Below are positions 31,052 to 42,565 of a DNA stretch of 64,000 bases, piece by piece (within the stretch, counting starts at the first letter, position 1; each line of letters opens with the position of its first letter). This DNA is from Corallochytrium limacisporum Hawaii (taxonomy: Eukaryota > Protista > Pluriformea). Location of the stretch: the NCBI GenBank assembly GCA_002811645.1, contig PDIP01000260.1:1-64000 (forward strand), in the 5' to 3' direction. The translations under genes were made by a program, and so were the position numbers. The notes below the pieces were generated by a model that saw nothing but the letters and a program-made list of their open reading frames with translations, made no database searches and was not told where the DNA came from.

Positions 31052-32710
31052 ATGCCGGTCAGACCAGCTTCATCCCGGAAGGCAGACACAGCTGTCCCGG
31101 AGGCACGTTCCGCATATTTGAAGCAAAGGGAGACTGCGCGGGCCGAGCAGGAGGAACAGATTCGACAGAAGGTTCTATCGGCAAAGGCGGGACGGATCCC
31201 TGTTCGTAACACACAAACTCCAGGAAGTCAGCGCCAGCCCCTGGCAGCGAAAGAGAACCATCCTTCAGATGCACCTCGTCGAATCGAATTGAAGCACAAA
31301 TCCGTGAAATGGACCCCCGCACGTGACCCGCTCGGATCGGCAGCAAAATACCGCCCGACTCTGCTGAATTCCGCACGCCGCGTGCCGACTCCAATAAAGG
31401 GCGGTGCTGGCCACGCCCCCACGACGCCCATGCGCAAGCTTGACCTCAACAGCAAGACTGGGCCCATCCCGAACGCCACGCCTGCTAAGACTCCTAAGTC
31501 AAAGTCAACAGCGTCTGCTCCTGATGATCGCACACCCTTGGACCGTGTCATGCCGCGCGCCCGCCAGTCGCCCATTGATTCAGCGACGCCCACCAAGATT
31601 CCCTCTCCCACCAGTGGACCAGCGCACAGCATAATGAGTCCCGAGGGGAAGAGGTGGCTGCAGACTTCTGGGGAGGCACAAACTGGACTCCGGGCCCGTG
31701 TGACAGGCTGGCAGGAGAAACTTGAGGACAAAGAGCGTCCAATCCCGGAGCAATGGCACGGCAGCATCCACCTTGCCATCGGCCAAGCCCAATTGCTTAT
31801 GAAAGAGAAGTTTGTACAGTTTGAGGACCTCTGCCGTCTCAACATTGAACCGGATGAAGACCAACCTGAGGCCCGTAGTGCCGATCTGGCCTCCTATTGG
31901 GACGTCATGAACATCCAAACCAAGGCCGTGATCAAGCGCTTTGACCGTCTCGTCAAAGCCGAGCATGACGGATGGCCTGAAGATGCCAATACCCCAGTTC
32001 CGGAAACAAAGGTTAAGCCCGCCAGCCGTCTGCACGCGAAGAATAAGCCAGTCAAACTCAACAACAATGCGCTGAGGAGCCAGGCGCGAGACCGCATTGC
32101 GGAGGCCCGTCGCCTTGCCCGGGAACGAATGCAGAAGCTGCAGCAGCAGAAGCAGGAGGACGACGATTTTGTCATTGACATTGCGACGAAATCTGCTACT
32201 GCAGCAGAGTCTGCAGTCGCTGAACAACCGGAGAAGAGTAAGGCTGAGGCCGCGGCTGACCTTGTTGCAGCGGAGCTTGCTAAGTTGGGGCTCGGTGATG
32301 GCATGGAGAACATGGTGCCCGAACACAAACCTGCTATTCCTCCTCCTCCCCCTGCTCCAAAGACCCCAACTCGGCCAACGACCGCCGTGAATCGTCTCAG
32401 CAAACTGTCCATGACTGCTCCGGTGAAGCAGTCCGAAAAGGCTACTATTGAAAATGACCATATGGGACGGACCCGTAAACTGGTTGCCATCACTCCGAAG
32501 AAGAAGCACTCTGACCTTGTAGGTGATTCCGAGCTTGTCTATTCCCCGGCCTTGCGGTCCGAACGTATCCGCAACCGAACACAGTCTCGCCTGGGAGCGA
32601 CCCCTGGCGATAAAAAGGATGCAACTCAGCGTCAGCTCTGCCTGGATTCCGTGGCAGACATTGATAAGGACCAGGACTGGGGCTACATGCCCAACCCTGC
32701 TATGCGTTAA
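31052..32710 (+). CDS. DLGAP5: GKAP-domain protein, DLGAP5/HURP/Mars-like spindle factor
   Basis: GKAP domain AIGQAQLLMKEKFVQFEDLC...DLASYWD...RFDRL; many S/TP CDK-type sites and a basic disordered N-terminus, as in HURP. Confidence 0.75.
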   Translation: MPVRPASSRKADTAVPEARSAYLKQRETARAEQEEQIRQKVLSAKAGRIPVRNTQTPGSQRQPLAAKENHPSDAPRRIELKHKSVKWTPARDPLGSAAKYRPTLLNSARRVPTPIKGGAGHAPTTPMRKLDLNSKTGPIPNATPAKTPKSKSTASAPDDRTPLDRVMPRARQSPIDSATPTKIPSPTSGPAHSIMSPEGKRWLQTSGEAQTGLRARVTGWQEKLEDKERPIPEQWHGSIHLAIGQAQLLMKEKFVQFEDLCRLNIEPDEDQPEARSADLASYWDVMNIQTKAVIKRFDRLVKAEHDGWPEDANTPVPETKVKPASRLHAKNKPVKLNNNALRSQARDRIAEARRLARERMQKLQQQKQEDDDFVIDIATKSATAAESAVAEQPEKSKAEAAADLVAAELAKLGLGDGMENMVPEHKPAIPPPPPAPKTPTRPTTAVNRLSKLSMTAPVKQSEKATIENDHMGRTRKLVAITPKKKHSDLVGDSELVYSPALRSERIRNRTQSRLGATPGDKKDATQRQLCLDSVADIDKDQDWGYMPNPAMR

Positions 32711-33063
32711 CGGATTCTGGTCCGTGTTCGATTAAAAAAATATCCTTCATATACTATACGTCACTTGGGTTCCAAATTCGAGCCCAACGGATGGAGCGGC
32801 TTATCCTCGTCCTCCCTCCCCCACCCGCTACTCTCAGTCGCACCATTGAAACCTCCCCCCACCACTGGTGTGGTTCTCTTCGAAGTGTGTGGCTATTTCA
32901 CTGGAGACTGTAAGACCCGCGCAGCAGCAACAGACCGCTCAGCTCTCTACTAGGCCGAATCAAGTGAATTCCACCCTGAAATTCAGCCAAGCATTCTCAA
33001 TTACCTTGAACACCATGTAGACTATTGGCACGGTTTATTTTGTCACAATACTATAGTATAGTC

Positions 33064-35826
33064 ATGCACCTCTGGAAAGGTCTGTGGTGGCTCAGTGCAC
33101 TCGTTGGTGCGTATGGGGCAGACATGAGAGAGAGCACAACATCTGTGTCATGGGTGCAACCCGTATGGATGGCAGAGGTCCCCGGACGGCTCACCACACA
33201 GATTGTTTTCAGCGATGTTAATGGAGACGGTACGAAAGATCTTGTCATCGGGGGCGTCTTCGCTGAGTCTGGTCATGATCCCTTCACAGAAATTCTGCAG
33301 GAGAACACAGAAAATGAGCAAATCTACGAGCTGGTGTCGTCAGCAGGGTCACCAACTTCGTTGTCGTTACGTCCACGGGAAATGTTTATTGACGTGATCA
33401 ATGGCAAGACGGGAGCGCCCCTTAGAGCACCTCATACACATTGGCCCCTCCTGCTAGACATGAATGGTCCGGGGATAGGTATTGCTAGTGTCAGCTTACC
33501 GACAGAAACTCGGAATGGGTTTGTAGTGAATGATTTTTCGGGTAATATTTTACTGATAAGCCCGAATGGAGAGATTCTGAATGAAACTTCGGAGACAATT
33601 TCACCAAGTGGTAGTTCCATTGAAGAGGCATTACTGCAAGTCAGGCGCCGGCGTCCAATCGACGAACATAACATTTCCATTCCCGAGAGCATCATTTACA
33701 ATGTCAAGGACAAGCTGTGCGCAGCGAAAGGAAGAGAAGAGTCAGTGAGTTTGATCGACACGCAACACGCACACGTGGAGCAGACGCAGAAACCTGAGTC
33801 GGAATCGGAGCCAATGATTGCCCTCCAGGCTGTGACTGCGTACCCTGTCGTTATCCATTCGATTTTACCTGGCCAGCCAGAGCTGTGGATGCTGTACGTT
33901 GAATGGCAGCCCATAGACCATGAGTGGCGGTACTGTTCTGGATCCGAAGACGACTCCAATGGCGCTAGCATTGCGATAACTGGCGTGGCCATGTCCCTAA
34001 ACAGACCAACAAATTTGGAAGGATGGCGCAAAGTCCATGAAGAGCACCCAGATCTCTGGAAACATTTCCTCTTTGATGTAGAAGTATGGCAAAGCAAGCG
34101 CCACAATCAAAGCTATGCAGATATAGAACGCAGTCCCGTAACCGCAACAATGATTACATCCAGGGACCTGGTGCTGTTCCATTTGCGTGCGGAGTTCAAT
34201 CTGACATTCGTACATCTAACACTAGAGAATCTCATGCTGACTCCCATGGGTAAGGGTGTAATCTCCAGCAACGGGCCGGCCATGAAGAACTACGTTGGAC
34301 AATCCCTGCCAATACAAGTTGGGCCGGACGTGAACAACCGCAACGCGGGAGAACCAGCGACTCGTAAGGACTTCTTCATTCTCACTGACAAGGGCATATT
34401 GTTCTTCTCCATGGAGGTCTCGAAGAAGAATGGCACCTTAATCCCAATTGATGGTGGATCTTTCCCGCATGAGCTTCCGTTTGTTGAAGATACGGCTATG
34501 ATGTTTGCCGCTCCACCTGAAAAGAAGGAACAGACGGCCCAATTGGAGGGCCCACAAACTCAATTGGAAATGCAGATTATGGACGTGAATGGTATGCGTC
34601 ACTGCGTCAGCATGGCCACGAAACAGAGCTGCCAAATTCCCACCACAGTTTCAGCAGAAGGCAACAAACCTGGTGTTCCCCTGCAGGCTGTTCTTATGTG
34701 GTCTTTCAGTCGCACCTCCCATCCCGACAATCTCAACCGCATTCCGCGCAAGTCTTCGTACGACATGATACAGTCTCGTGAAACCTCAGAGCAGAAACAA
34801 CTGAAAATGGTTTCCAGGGGACCGCTGGAAGCGCACGTCGTGTACCTGGAGGATGACGGTGACCTGATCAGCTATGCGGTAGATGCTCACGGGCGGCCGT
34901 TGCCCGTACGCGAGAGATCTTCATCGCAGGTCACGGTCGACACCGGTCACCACAAAGAGCAGACTTTAGGCAATTTAGGTGAAGCACTGCATCTCGAGCA
35001 CGGGGCGAGCGTCGAAATTATGCCTGGAGCAAAGCCACGTGAGATTATTGCGCTAAGCGAGACGGGATTTCTGTATATGGCCAAGATCGGCATCCGCGAA
35101 ATAGGCCGCGGGCAAGAGACCAGCCTGCTACTCGATCCCGCCCGTCTTTTCGAACTGTCCACCATTGTGGACCAGGTAGGTGACCACAGTGATGAGCAAA
35201 CCTTGTCCAGACCTTTTGCGCCGTTGCATAATACTCGCTACGCCGACCGCCGCAGTGCGGCGCTCATGCAGGAGCATCAATTTGCCGGTGGACTGATCGG
35301 CGGTAGTGCCGGACGACAGGGTGAACCGCGGATGATTTCCCAATCTCTTCTCCGCTTGGCCACTATCTGCAGTGAGCAGCGGGAGCCGATCCGTGCGACC
35401 TCGATTGTACCGTTTCTGTTTCGTATTGATGTGTTACCGTTGCTGGACCCATCGTTGCCAGTCCACGTTCATTCGCACGGATCTAGTGTTGGTCCTGATA
35501 GCAGCGGTGGTTTGGTCAATCTCCGCAGAGAGCCTCTTACACTGGTAGTACGTCTCGGTGCAGATGTACTTGTCCAGAAGGAAATGGCAATGATAGCTGG
35601 CACACATTCGCTATTTCTGCCTGGCGGAGGTGAACGCATGGTTGCGGAGCTGACGGTTGAGGTCTTCCAAGGTTCCGATCTCGTGTCCTGGGATAGCTGT
35701 GCGGTACGATACCATGAAGACTTTTTTGTCATTCTAACATACGCGGTATTCATTCCCGTGATCTGTGCAAAGCTCGGATTGATTGTGTACATTCGGCGGG
35801 AGAAGGTCATGGGGTCAAGGACGTAG
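33064..35826 (+). CDS. Type I membrane protein, DEX1-like FG-GAP family (divergent)
   Basis: Signal peptide; WMAEV..FSDVNGDGTKDLVIG; IDVINGKTG..HWP; C-terminal D...RYHEDF plus TM helix, as in DEX1-like proteins. Confidence 0.6.
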   Translation: MHLWKGLWWLSALVGAYGADMRESTTSVSWVQPVWMAEVPGRLTTQIVFSDVNGDGTKDLVIGGVFAESGHDPFTEILQENTENEQIYELVSSAGSPTSLSLRPREMFIDVINGKTGAPLRAPHTHWPLLLDMNGPGIGIASVSLPTETRNGFVVNDFSGNILLISPNGEILNETSETISPSGSSIEEALLQVRRRRPIDEHNISIPESIIYNVKDKLCAAKGREESVSLIDTQHAHVEQTQKPESESEPMIALQAVTAYPVVIHSILPGQPELWMLYVEWQPIDHEWRYCSGSEDDSNGASIAITGVAMSLNRPTNLEGWRKVHEEHPDLWKHFLFDVEVWQSKRHNQSYADIERSPVTATMITSRDLVLFHLRAEFNLTFVHLTLENLMLTPMGKGVISSNGPAMKNYVGQSLPIQVGPDVNNRNAGEPATRKDFFILTDKGILFFSMEVSKKNGTLIPIDGGSFPHELPFVEDTAMMFAAPPEKKEQTAQLEGPQTQLEMQIMDVNGMRHCVSMATKQSCQIPTTVSAEGNKPGVPLQAVLMWSFSRTSHPDNLNRIPRKSSYDMIQSRETSEQKQLKMVSRGPLEAHVVYLEDDGDLISYAVDAHGRPLPVRERSSSQVTVDTGHHKEQTLGNLGEALHLEHGASVEIMPGAKPREIIALSETGFLYMAKIGIREIGRGQETSLLLDPARLFELSTIVDQVGDHSDEQTLSRPFAPLHNTRYADRRSAALMQEHQFAGGLIGGSAGRQGEPRMISQSLLRLATICSEQREPIRATSIVPFLFRIDVLPLLDPSLPVHVHSHGSSVGPDSSGGLVNLRREPLTLVVRLGADVLVQKEMAMIAGTHSLFLPGGGERMVAELTVEVFQGSDLVSWDSCAVRYHEDFFVILTYAVFIPVICAKLGLIVYIRREKVMGSRT

Positions 35827-37112
35827 GCCAATATATCCGATTGATGTGTAGTAGGAAGGATTCTAGATTTGTGTGGTGTTTTCTGTACTGCGACTACCGC
35901 ATTGATCTTGGCGATGAGGTTATGCAAATCGGTGTGCTGTAGTCGGAACACCGTTACCATTCGTCTTGCGGGTGGGGTAGTCTTTACGGGATTTGTTCCA
36001 TTTTTTTAAGATTTTTGCGCCCGTCGTCGACGCCTGGGGAGGGGAGGGGGCTGTCAAAGGTTTTATGTTTTTCCCACTTCAGTCGTCAACCCGTCCCGTT
36101 TCAAAAACTCCGCCCTCCCCCTCTTTTTCTTTGCCCGGTAAAATGGACTCCCGTTCGGTCGGTTCAGCCCCCACCGTGTGTGTCTATGTTTCCGCCGCGA
36201 AGGTTCGTAGGCGAAAGTCGGGGGCGGGGCTGGCCTACTGTGGTAAACTGACCCACTATGGTTAATGTACCTTGTCCCTGGCCCATTGAACACGGTGGCA
36301 ATTCGATCTGTCAACAAGAAACCTCTCTCGAATTTTCTCTTTTTCTTGTTATTTTCATTTGTTTCTATTTCACCATCGGTGGGGTGGTAGCAGTGGTTAT
36401 ACCGAAAGTATCAATGTTGACGTCCGTACTGAAACTATGGAATTTGGCACATACGAATGGTCATAAATTTTGTTGAAACATTTTCTTTGGCTTTTCTGCG
36501 CATCAGGGTTCAATGGCGGTAGGCTCCCCTTGCGACTGGCACCGTCGAAACCCCCCCCCCCCTTTCCTCCGCCACGGAAAAGAGAGGTGGAGGGTGGCTT
36601 TTGGGCTCCGTTGCATTGTTCGGTGGCTGTTGGAGTTCGACTCCGGCGCTGGGTCGCTCGTCTTTGCGGGCTCATCTTGGTGTTGACATCATGATTTTGT
36701 TGTACGTCTGCCGGGATATGTTTTTTCTAGCTGTTCTTTACAATACCTTGATTTTAAGCCCAGCCCTACTTGTGACGGCTGACGGCACAACGATGTAAGG
36801 TACCTGGAACTTACAGGGTCATTTCAATGAAAGCAAGTAGGATTTAGTCATCGGGATGGCGTTTATGTGATGAAAAAGCAGACTCCATTCGTAGCCTGAG
36901 ACAAGGAAACCATGTGGAGGAGACAGAAATTTCAACCCAGCAGACGAGATACCCCATAGATAGATTTCACAACTAGGCTGTCTGATTACGAAGATTTGTT
37001 TCTAGGTTTCAGGAATTGGGCTATTGTATTCCCAGCCAGATTTTGGACATTTGACTGAATACGTCACGTACGCTAGAAATTAATTTTTATTCTACTGACT
37101 TGGTCATTCACC

Positions 37113-38279
37113 ATGGACCCAATGATAGTATCCAACCAGCCTGACGGCCATGTGAATGCTCAGGAGCAGGCTGCGGGATCCGAAGCCCAGCACCTCAATG
37201 GAGGTGGCAACGTACCCATGGTACGTGGCCAACCCTTTGACGTCGGTCCGAAATACGACAATTTGCAGTACATTGGCGAGGGCGCTTACGGTCTGGTCTG
37301 CGCAGCGACAGAATTATCCACGGGTCGCCGGGTGGCAATCAAAAAGATCAGTCCGTTCGAGCACAAGACCTACTGCCAACGCACACTACGAGAAATCAAG
37401 ATCCTCACCCACTTTGACCACGAAAACATCATTGGTATATTAGATCTGATCCAGCCACCGGCAATGGACCAGTTTACGGACGTTTTTGTGGTCCAAGAAC
37501 TGATGGAAACGGATCTCTACCGCCTGCTCAAAACCCAACGGCTGAGTATTGATCACATATGCTACTTCCTTTACCAGGTGGTGCGCGGTTTGAAGTACAT
37601 TCACAGTGCAAACGTTCTGCACCGGGACTTAAAACCGAGCAACCTGCTGATTAACACAAATTGCGACCTGAAGATATGCGATTTCGGTTTAGCTCGCGTG
37701 GCGGACCCCAATATTGACCATTCGGGACTGATGACGGAGTATGTCGCGACACGGTGGTATAGAGCGCCCGAGATCATGCTCAGCAGCCGTGCATATACCA
37801 AAGCAATCGACATTTGGTCCGTTGGTTGCATCCTTGCAGAAATGCTGGGCGGTAAGCCACTCTTTCCAGGCAAACATTACCTCGATCAGCTAAATCTAAT
37901 CCTGTCCGTGCTGGGCACGCCAAGCGAGGAGGACTTCAGCTGCATCCAAAATGAGAAGGCCCAGGCATACATCCGGAGCTTGAACAACCGCGAGAAGATG
38001 CCATGGAACCAAATCTTTCCAGAAGCGGATGCAGTTGTTCTCGACATGCTAGAAGGTCTGCTGAAATTTAACCCAGTCAAGCGGTTCACCGTCGAGGATG
38101 CGCTGAGACATCCGTTCCTTGAACAATACTACGACCCGGACGACGAGCCAGTGGCAGAGAAGCGGTTCGTTTTTGAATTTGAAGCTGGAAATATGGACAA
38201 GACGGAATTGAAACGATTGATCTGGGAAGGTATTGTAGGCTATCGGGAGTCTAAGTCGAATGCTACAATGGAGACTTGA
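37113..38279 (+). CDS. ERK: ERK1/2-type MAP kinase
   Basis: [33 protein letters not shown] activation loop, [11 protein letters not shown] domain. Confidence 0.97.
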   Translation: MDPMIVSNQPDGHVNAQEQAAGSEAQHLNGGGNVPMVRGQPFDVGPKYDNLQYIGEGAYGLVCAATELSTGRRVAIKKISPFEHKTYCQRTLREIKILTHFDHENIIGILDLIQPPAMDQFTDVFVVQELMETDLYRLLKTQRLSIDHICYFLYQVVRGLKYIHSANVLHRDLKPSNLLINTNCDLKICDFGLARVADPNIDHSGLMTEYVATRWYRAPEIMLSSRAYTKAIDIWSVGCILAEMLGGKPLFPGKHYLDQLNLILSVLGTPSEEDFSCIQNEKAQAYIRSLNNREKMPWNQIFPEADAVVLDMLEGLLKFNPVKRFTVEDALRHPFLEQYYDPDDEPVAEKRFVFEFEAGNMDKTELKRLIWEGIVGYRESKSNATMET

Positions 38280-38495
38280 AGTAACTCGTCAAGGTTGATA
38301 TGTCCGCCCCTAAGTCGCGCTGCACACCCACCGAGACAGAGTACGCCTGTACTTTGAGCTGAAGTGGTTCCTAGCTATGTCTCCAATAAACAATGTCATT
38401 GCATACAAGACCTGGATTGTGTTTGTTTATTTTCTAGCAATTTATGGAATGGAAACTGCCATCCAAAGGACGCGCTGGGCAAACCTGAACATCGT

Positions 38496-41400
38496 TTACA
38501 GGAAATCGCTGGCGTCGACTTTCGGCGGCGCGTCTAGGTCATAATACTCAAGGACACTACGACCACTGTCACCTCCCAAGCCATGGTTGCCGCCTGCGCC
38601 GCGGTGGCCACGGCCACCGCGGCCACGGCCACGTCCGCGCCCTCGGAATCCACGGCCCCCCCGACCGCCTCGGCGCTCACGGAAAGAACTCTCACGACCA
38701 TCGTCGTCCTCTTCACCGCCTTCGCCTGCCTTGCTTCCTGGGCGCAGCGCACCATGTCCGAAGGCAGATGATGCCATGTTCACATCGCTGAATGGCGCAG
38801 CCGTTGATGGGTTGCAGGCATAATTCAGGAGCATGGCCGCAAGACTCCGCACACGATCTACGAAACCCTTGTGCATGTTTCGAATGTGCTTAACCACAAA
38901 CTGGGCGCCAGCAAATGCCTTGTCGCAGTGTACGCAGACGAAGCGGCCACCATCTTCAATGCGCATGAAGCGACGGCCTTGGAGGATGCGATCCTCCGCG
39001 TAGGTCTGCAATTCGTTCAGCGTTGGACTGGTACCAGCGTCTAGGGAAGCCGCACCGGTCCAGACTGCCACTTCTTCGGCAGTCCGCTGGCTCCTGACAA
39101 AATCCTGGAGTCGATCCAGGAAAACGCCTGCGTTGGAGGGCATTGGATTAGTTTGCACAGAGCTCACGCTTTTGTTTGTTACCGGACCAGAAGCAGAAGC
39201 AGACAACGCCTCCTCTGTGTCCTTGCCGTAGTACACAGACCGCAGATGCACGAGTCCATGACGGAAATGGAGGTCCTCGAGGCTGGAGCACTGGCGGCAG
39301 GCGTAGAAGTCAAAGTTATGGACCACGCGCAGGTAGACGCAGAGAGTATCCATTGCCCTCACCATTTCTTTGCTGGCAAGGGTGAATGTGGACGCAGCCA
39401 CAGACCCTTCCTCTGCAGGTTCGTCGGTGCTGGCGATATCTACAGTACCGTCCGTAGGTGCCGCTCCATCGTCTGCTGCCGGTGCACCCGAAGCTGCCTT
39501 CTCGGTACCGAAACGCAGCCTGCGTTCCCGCTCCTTGGCTTCCTTTGCCTCTCGCTCTGTTTGAGCCTGCTTGGCCAACGTTGACATTTCAGCAAGGAAG
39601 TCCTCCGTGAGGACAGAAACTATATCTTGGAGGCTCTGCTCAATGCCGGCACGACCGTCCATCGCTTGGATGAGTTCAATCGCTGCGAGAATGTGTTCGG
39701 CCATAAGCACCTCACGGTTCGCACTGGCGTGCACAAACTTTGGGTTTAGACGCGGCGTCCAGATTTCCACAACAATGTCAGCGCTGCGCCCTAGATCCTC
39801 AAGGCGCCGACGGATGTCTTCCGCACGCGCCTGGAGATCCGAGCCTTTCCCAAAAACAAACCAGACGTCACGGGCCATGGCACTTGTGTAGTATGTTGGG
39901 GAAGACTCACTGATCCGCAGCAGACCGTCGAGACCCTTACCAAGACGGTGCATGGCATCTATTCCCTGCACTCCAGGTACATTGCGCAAGATTAGCGTGC
40001 GGGACGGGTAAAGAATGTTCAACTGGTCCTTGATAAAAGCATACTTTTGCTTCTGTTCCCTGGAGGAAGGAGCAGCACCGGCGTCAGTAGCCTTGTCCTT
40101 GTTACCTCCGTCGGCCGTGCCCGCAGCAACCCCGTCTTCGTTCTCGTCGTCCTCACCTTCCTTGTCCTGCTCTTCCACAGGGCGAGTGGTAACCTTATTG
40201 TTCCAATTAGACGCCTCAGCATCCAGGCGCCTGACCTCAGACAGATCCGGGGAATGCTCGACACCATCATACAGATCAAGGAGCTGCAGTCCAAACACTT
40301 GGCTGTTGAAGATGTTGTCTCCGTCGAGACAGAATTCATCACCAGCAAAGACGTCTTTCTCCTGCATCTTTCTAAATGCGATCAGACCACGGTTGGTTCG
40401 ATCTGCAGTCTCCTTCTTGCGACGCTCTCCGTCTTCCCCGTTGAACACATCGCCAAGTTTCTTGGTGATTTCCTGCAATTCTGCACCGTTTTCTTCGGCT
40501 CCTACACTTTCAGTGCTACCATTAGCCTCTGTAGAAGTAGTCGCCTTTAGTTCCTCGAGTTGGCTGTGGTCAGGGGCATACAGATCCTTGAACAGAGCCT
40601 CTTCGAAATGGCGTTCAAAACGTGCCAGTACGGACTGGCCGATTCGTTCTCGACGGTATTTTTCATATTGTGTCTTAGCCTCTTCCGAATCCTTATCCCC
40701 CACAACTGTACCACCGGCCAGCATCTCCTGGAATGTATTCGAATTGATCCACCGTGTGAATGAGTATATGTGGTCCAAAGCGGCACGTTTTTGCCTCTTG
40801 GTACGGCGACCCTCGCGACTGACGACCCGTTCACGGCTACTAGCCCGCGGCCTTTCGTCACGTGCACTCATGTCCAGGCGACCTTCCAGGCGGCTGGATC
40901 TGGGACCGTCCCTACCACCACGCTCACGTCGGTCGCGTGGAGGGGGCCCACGGTCATCTCGTTCCCGGTCCCGATCCCTGCGGCTGTCCCTGTAGTCGTC
41001 GTAGCTCCTTTCATCATAGCCCCGACGAGCCGGTGGGCCATGGTCATGATATCCTCCATGCGGTGGCATATCCCTTGGATCACGGTAGAAGTCGTCATCG
41101 TATCCACCACGAGGAGGTGGGGGTCCACGACGATCCCAGGGGTCCCGGTAGTATCCCCCCCTCCGGTCATCGTACGCATCACCGCGCATCGGCGGTGGAG
41201 GCCCACGGCGGTGCGGTGGTGGCGGTCCAGACCTGTAATTTTCGTACCGGCCTCCTCCTCTTCGGTTCGGGGGTGGCCCTCGTCTGTCATACATGCGATC
41301 GTCGTAGTAGTCATCGCGATCGCGACGGCCTCCTCTGCGACCACCCCGACGATCACCACGGTCGCGGTCACGGTCACGGTCACGATCGCGTTCCTGTTCT

Positions 41401-41588
41401 CTGTAGTATTCTTCGTAAATATCTGGTGGTGGTCCGCGAGATTTGGAGGACCGAATAGGACTGGACCTGTCATCCCGAACGGGAGAGCGAGATCTCTCGC
41501 GTGGTGCAGGATCTCCACCTCCCGAAGGGCCTGCCTCGTAGTCCGGAGACACCGACCTGCGGGGTCGGGATGAATCTCCTGCATCCAT
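38496..41588 (-). CDS. SRRT: ARS2/SERRATE RNA effector
   Basis: R/D/G-rich N-terminus; YLRVVHNFDFY; C2H2 finger CVHCDKAF..FVVKHIRNMH; terminal EYYDLDAP..DF cap-binding-complex motif. Confidence 0.92.
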   Translation of the reverse strand: MDAGDSSRPRRSVSPDYEAGPSGGGDPAPRERSRSPVRDDRSSPIRSSKSRGPPPDIYEEYYREQERDRDRDRDRDRGDRRGGRRGGRRDRDDYYDDRMYDRRGPPPNRRGGGRYENYRSGPPPPHRRGPPPPMRGDAYDDRRGGYYRDPWDRRGPPPPRGGYDDDFYRDPRDMPPHGGYHDHGPPARRGYDERSYDDYRDSRRDRDRERDDRGPPPRDRRERGGRDGPRSSRLEGRLDMSARDERPRASSRERVVSREGRRTKRQKRAALDHIYSFTRWINSNTFQEMLAGGTVVGDKDSEEAKTQYEKYRRERIGQSVLARFERHFEEALFKDLYAPDHSQLEELKATTSTEANGSTESVGAEENGAELQEITKKLGDVFNGEDGERRKKETADRTNRGLIAFRKMQEKDVFAGDEFCLDGDNIFNSQVFGLQLLDLYDGVEHSPDLSEVRRLDAEASNWNNKVTTRPVEEQDKEGEDDENEDGVAAGTADGGNKDKATDAGAAPSSREQKQKYAFIKDQLNILYPSRTLILRNVPGVQGIDAMHRLGKGLDGLLRISESSPTYYTSAMARDVWFVFGKGSDLQARAEDIRRRLEDLGRSADIVVEIWTPRLNPKFVHASANREVLMAEHILAAIELIQAMDGRAGIEQSLQDIVSVLTEDFLAEMSTLAKQAQTEREAKEAKERERRLRFGTEKAASGAPAADDGAAPTDGTVDIASTDEPAEEGSVAASTFTLASKEMVRAMDTLCVYLRVVHNFDFYACRQCSSLEDLHFRHGLVHLRSVYYGKDTEEALSASASGPVTNKSVSSVQTNPMPSNAGVFLDRLQDFVRSQRTAEEVAVWTGAASLDAGTSPTLNELQTYAEDRILQGRRFMRIEDGGRFVCVHCDKAFAGAQFVVKHIRNMHKGFVDRVRSLAAMLLNYACNPSTAAPFSDVNMASSAFGHGALRPGSKAGEGGEEDDDGRESSFRERRGGRGGRGFRGRGRGRGRGGRGHRGAGGNHGLGGDSGRSVLEYYDLDAPPKVDASDFL

Positions 41589-42565
41589 ATTTTGGGTGTG
41601 TTTGATTTTATTTTCCTTAAGATGTGCTCCAAAATAAACTCACCAAACTCAGAATCCCATCTGCGGATGAGTCTCGAGTTCTGTGTTTTCGGCGATAATA
41701 TTCTTTAACAAAAGTTCAACACATACTCTGTTCAGAACCTTCGCGGTATGGATCTGCTAGAAAAGGTTATGTCCTCTCAACATGAATGTAGTACACCAAC
41801 AGAGCTGCTTCTAAAGTACCAACTGCGAACGTATGCCCGTTTTGCAGTTGCACTTGTCGGGCAACCGTACAGGATTTTGCAGCCTGCAATGTGTCCCCTC
41901 CATACCCTCCCTTCAGCCTCTGAGCCCTTGTGAAGGGCAGATAGTATAAAAGGGCCAAAAGGGCGGGGAGAGGGAAAGTCACATGGACCGCGCAATCCGG
42001 GCCTTCCACCTCTCGGACACCAGATCCCAGCGAGTACGCCTAAGGAGGCATGTTTGACCCTTTGGCCAGCAAGACATTCCTGCTAAGCCAGGCCGGCCTA
42101 CGACTGATGGGTTCACAAACTAGCTGGCAAGGAATTCAAATGGGTGGTGCAAGCTTGACCCTTCACCTTAGGCAAGGGCTGTTGAAAGTAAAGGAAACCA
42201 TTCCAAGCATGATGTATGCAATGCTCAATCAAACGTACAACGTAGCCCGACACCGCCAAAGGCAACGATCCCACCTTGAGATCCGTCATAAATCGGCCCC
42301 CGAGCTCTGTTCGTAATGACCCGACTCGGCTAGCCTTTGGCGCGAATTGTTCTCCTTACGAGCGAGGCGAGGAGGAGGGAGGGCACCGGGTGAGTCTCAC
42401 CAAAGAAGTCACAGCCCCCGAATGGCAAGTAGGAAACATTGGTATTTCAAGCATGTGAATTGAGAGCATACCAAAGTCCAATCACGCATAGTGACCTGTT
42501 TGCTACGAACTTTAAAAGGTTAACACACGAGTGATGCTGTCTAACAATATGAAACATGGGGTAGG

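Noticed and set aside
40015-41573. Long + strand ORFs (326 and 267 aa) opposite ARS2, and similar antisense ORFs over HURP-like, ACBP-SDR and ATIC
   Set aside because: Antisense shadows of real genes, with no recognisable motifs.
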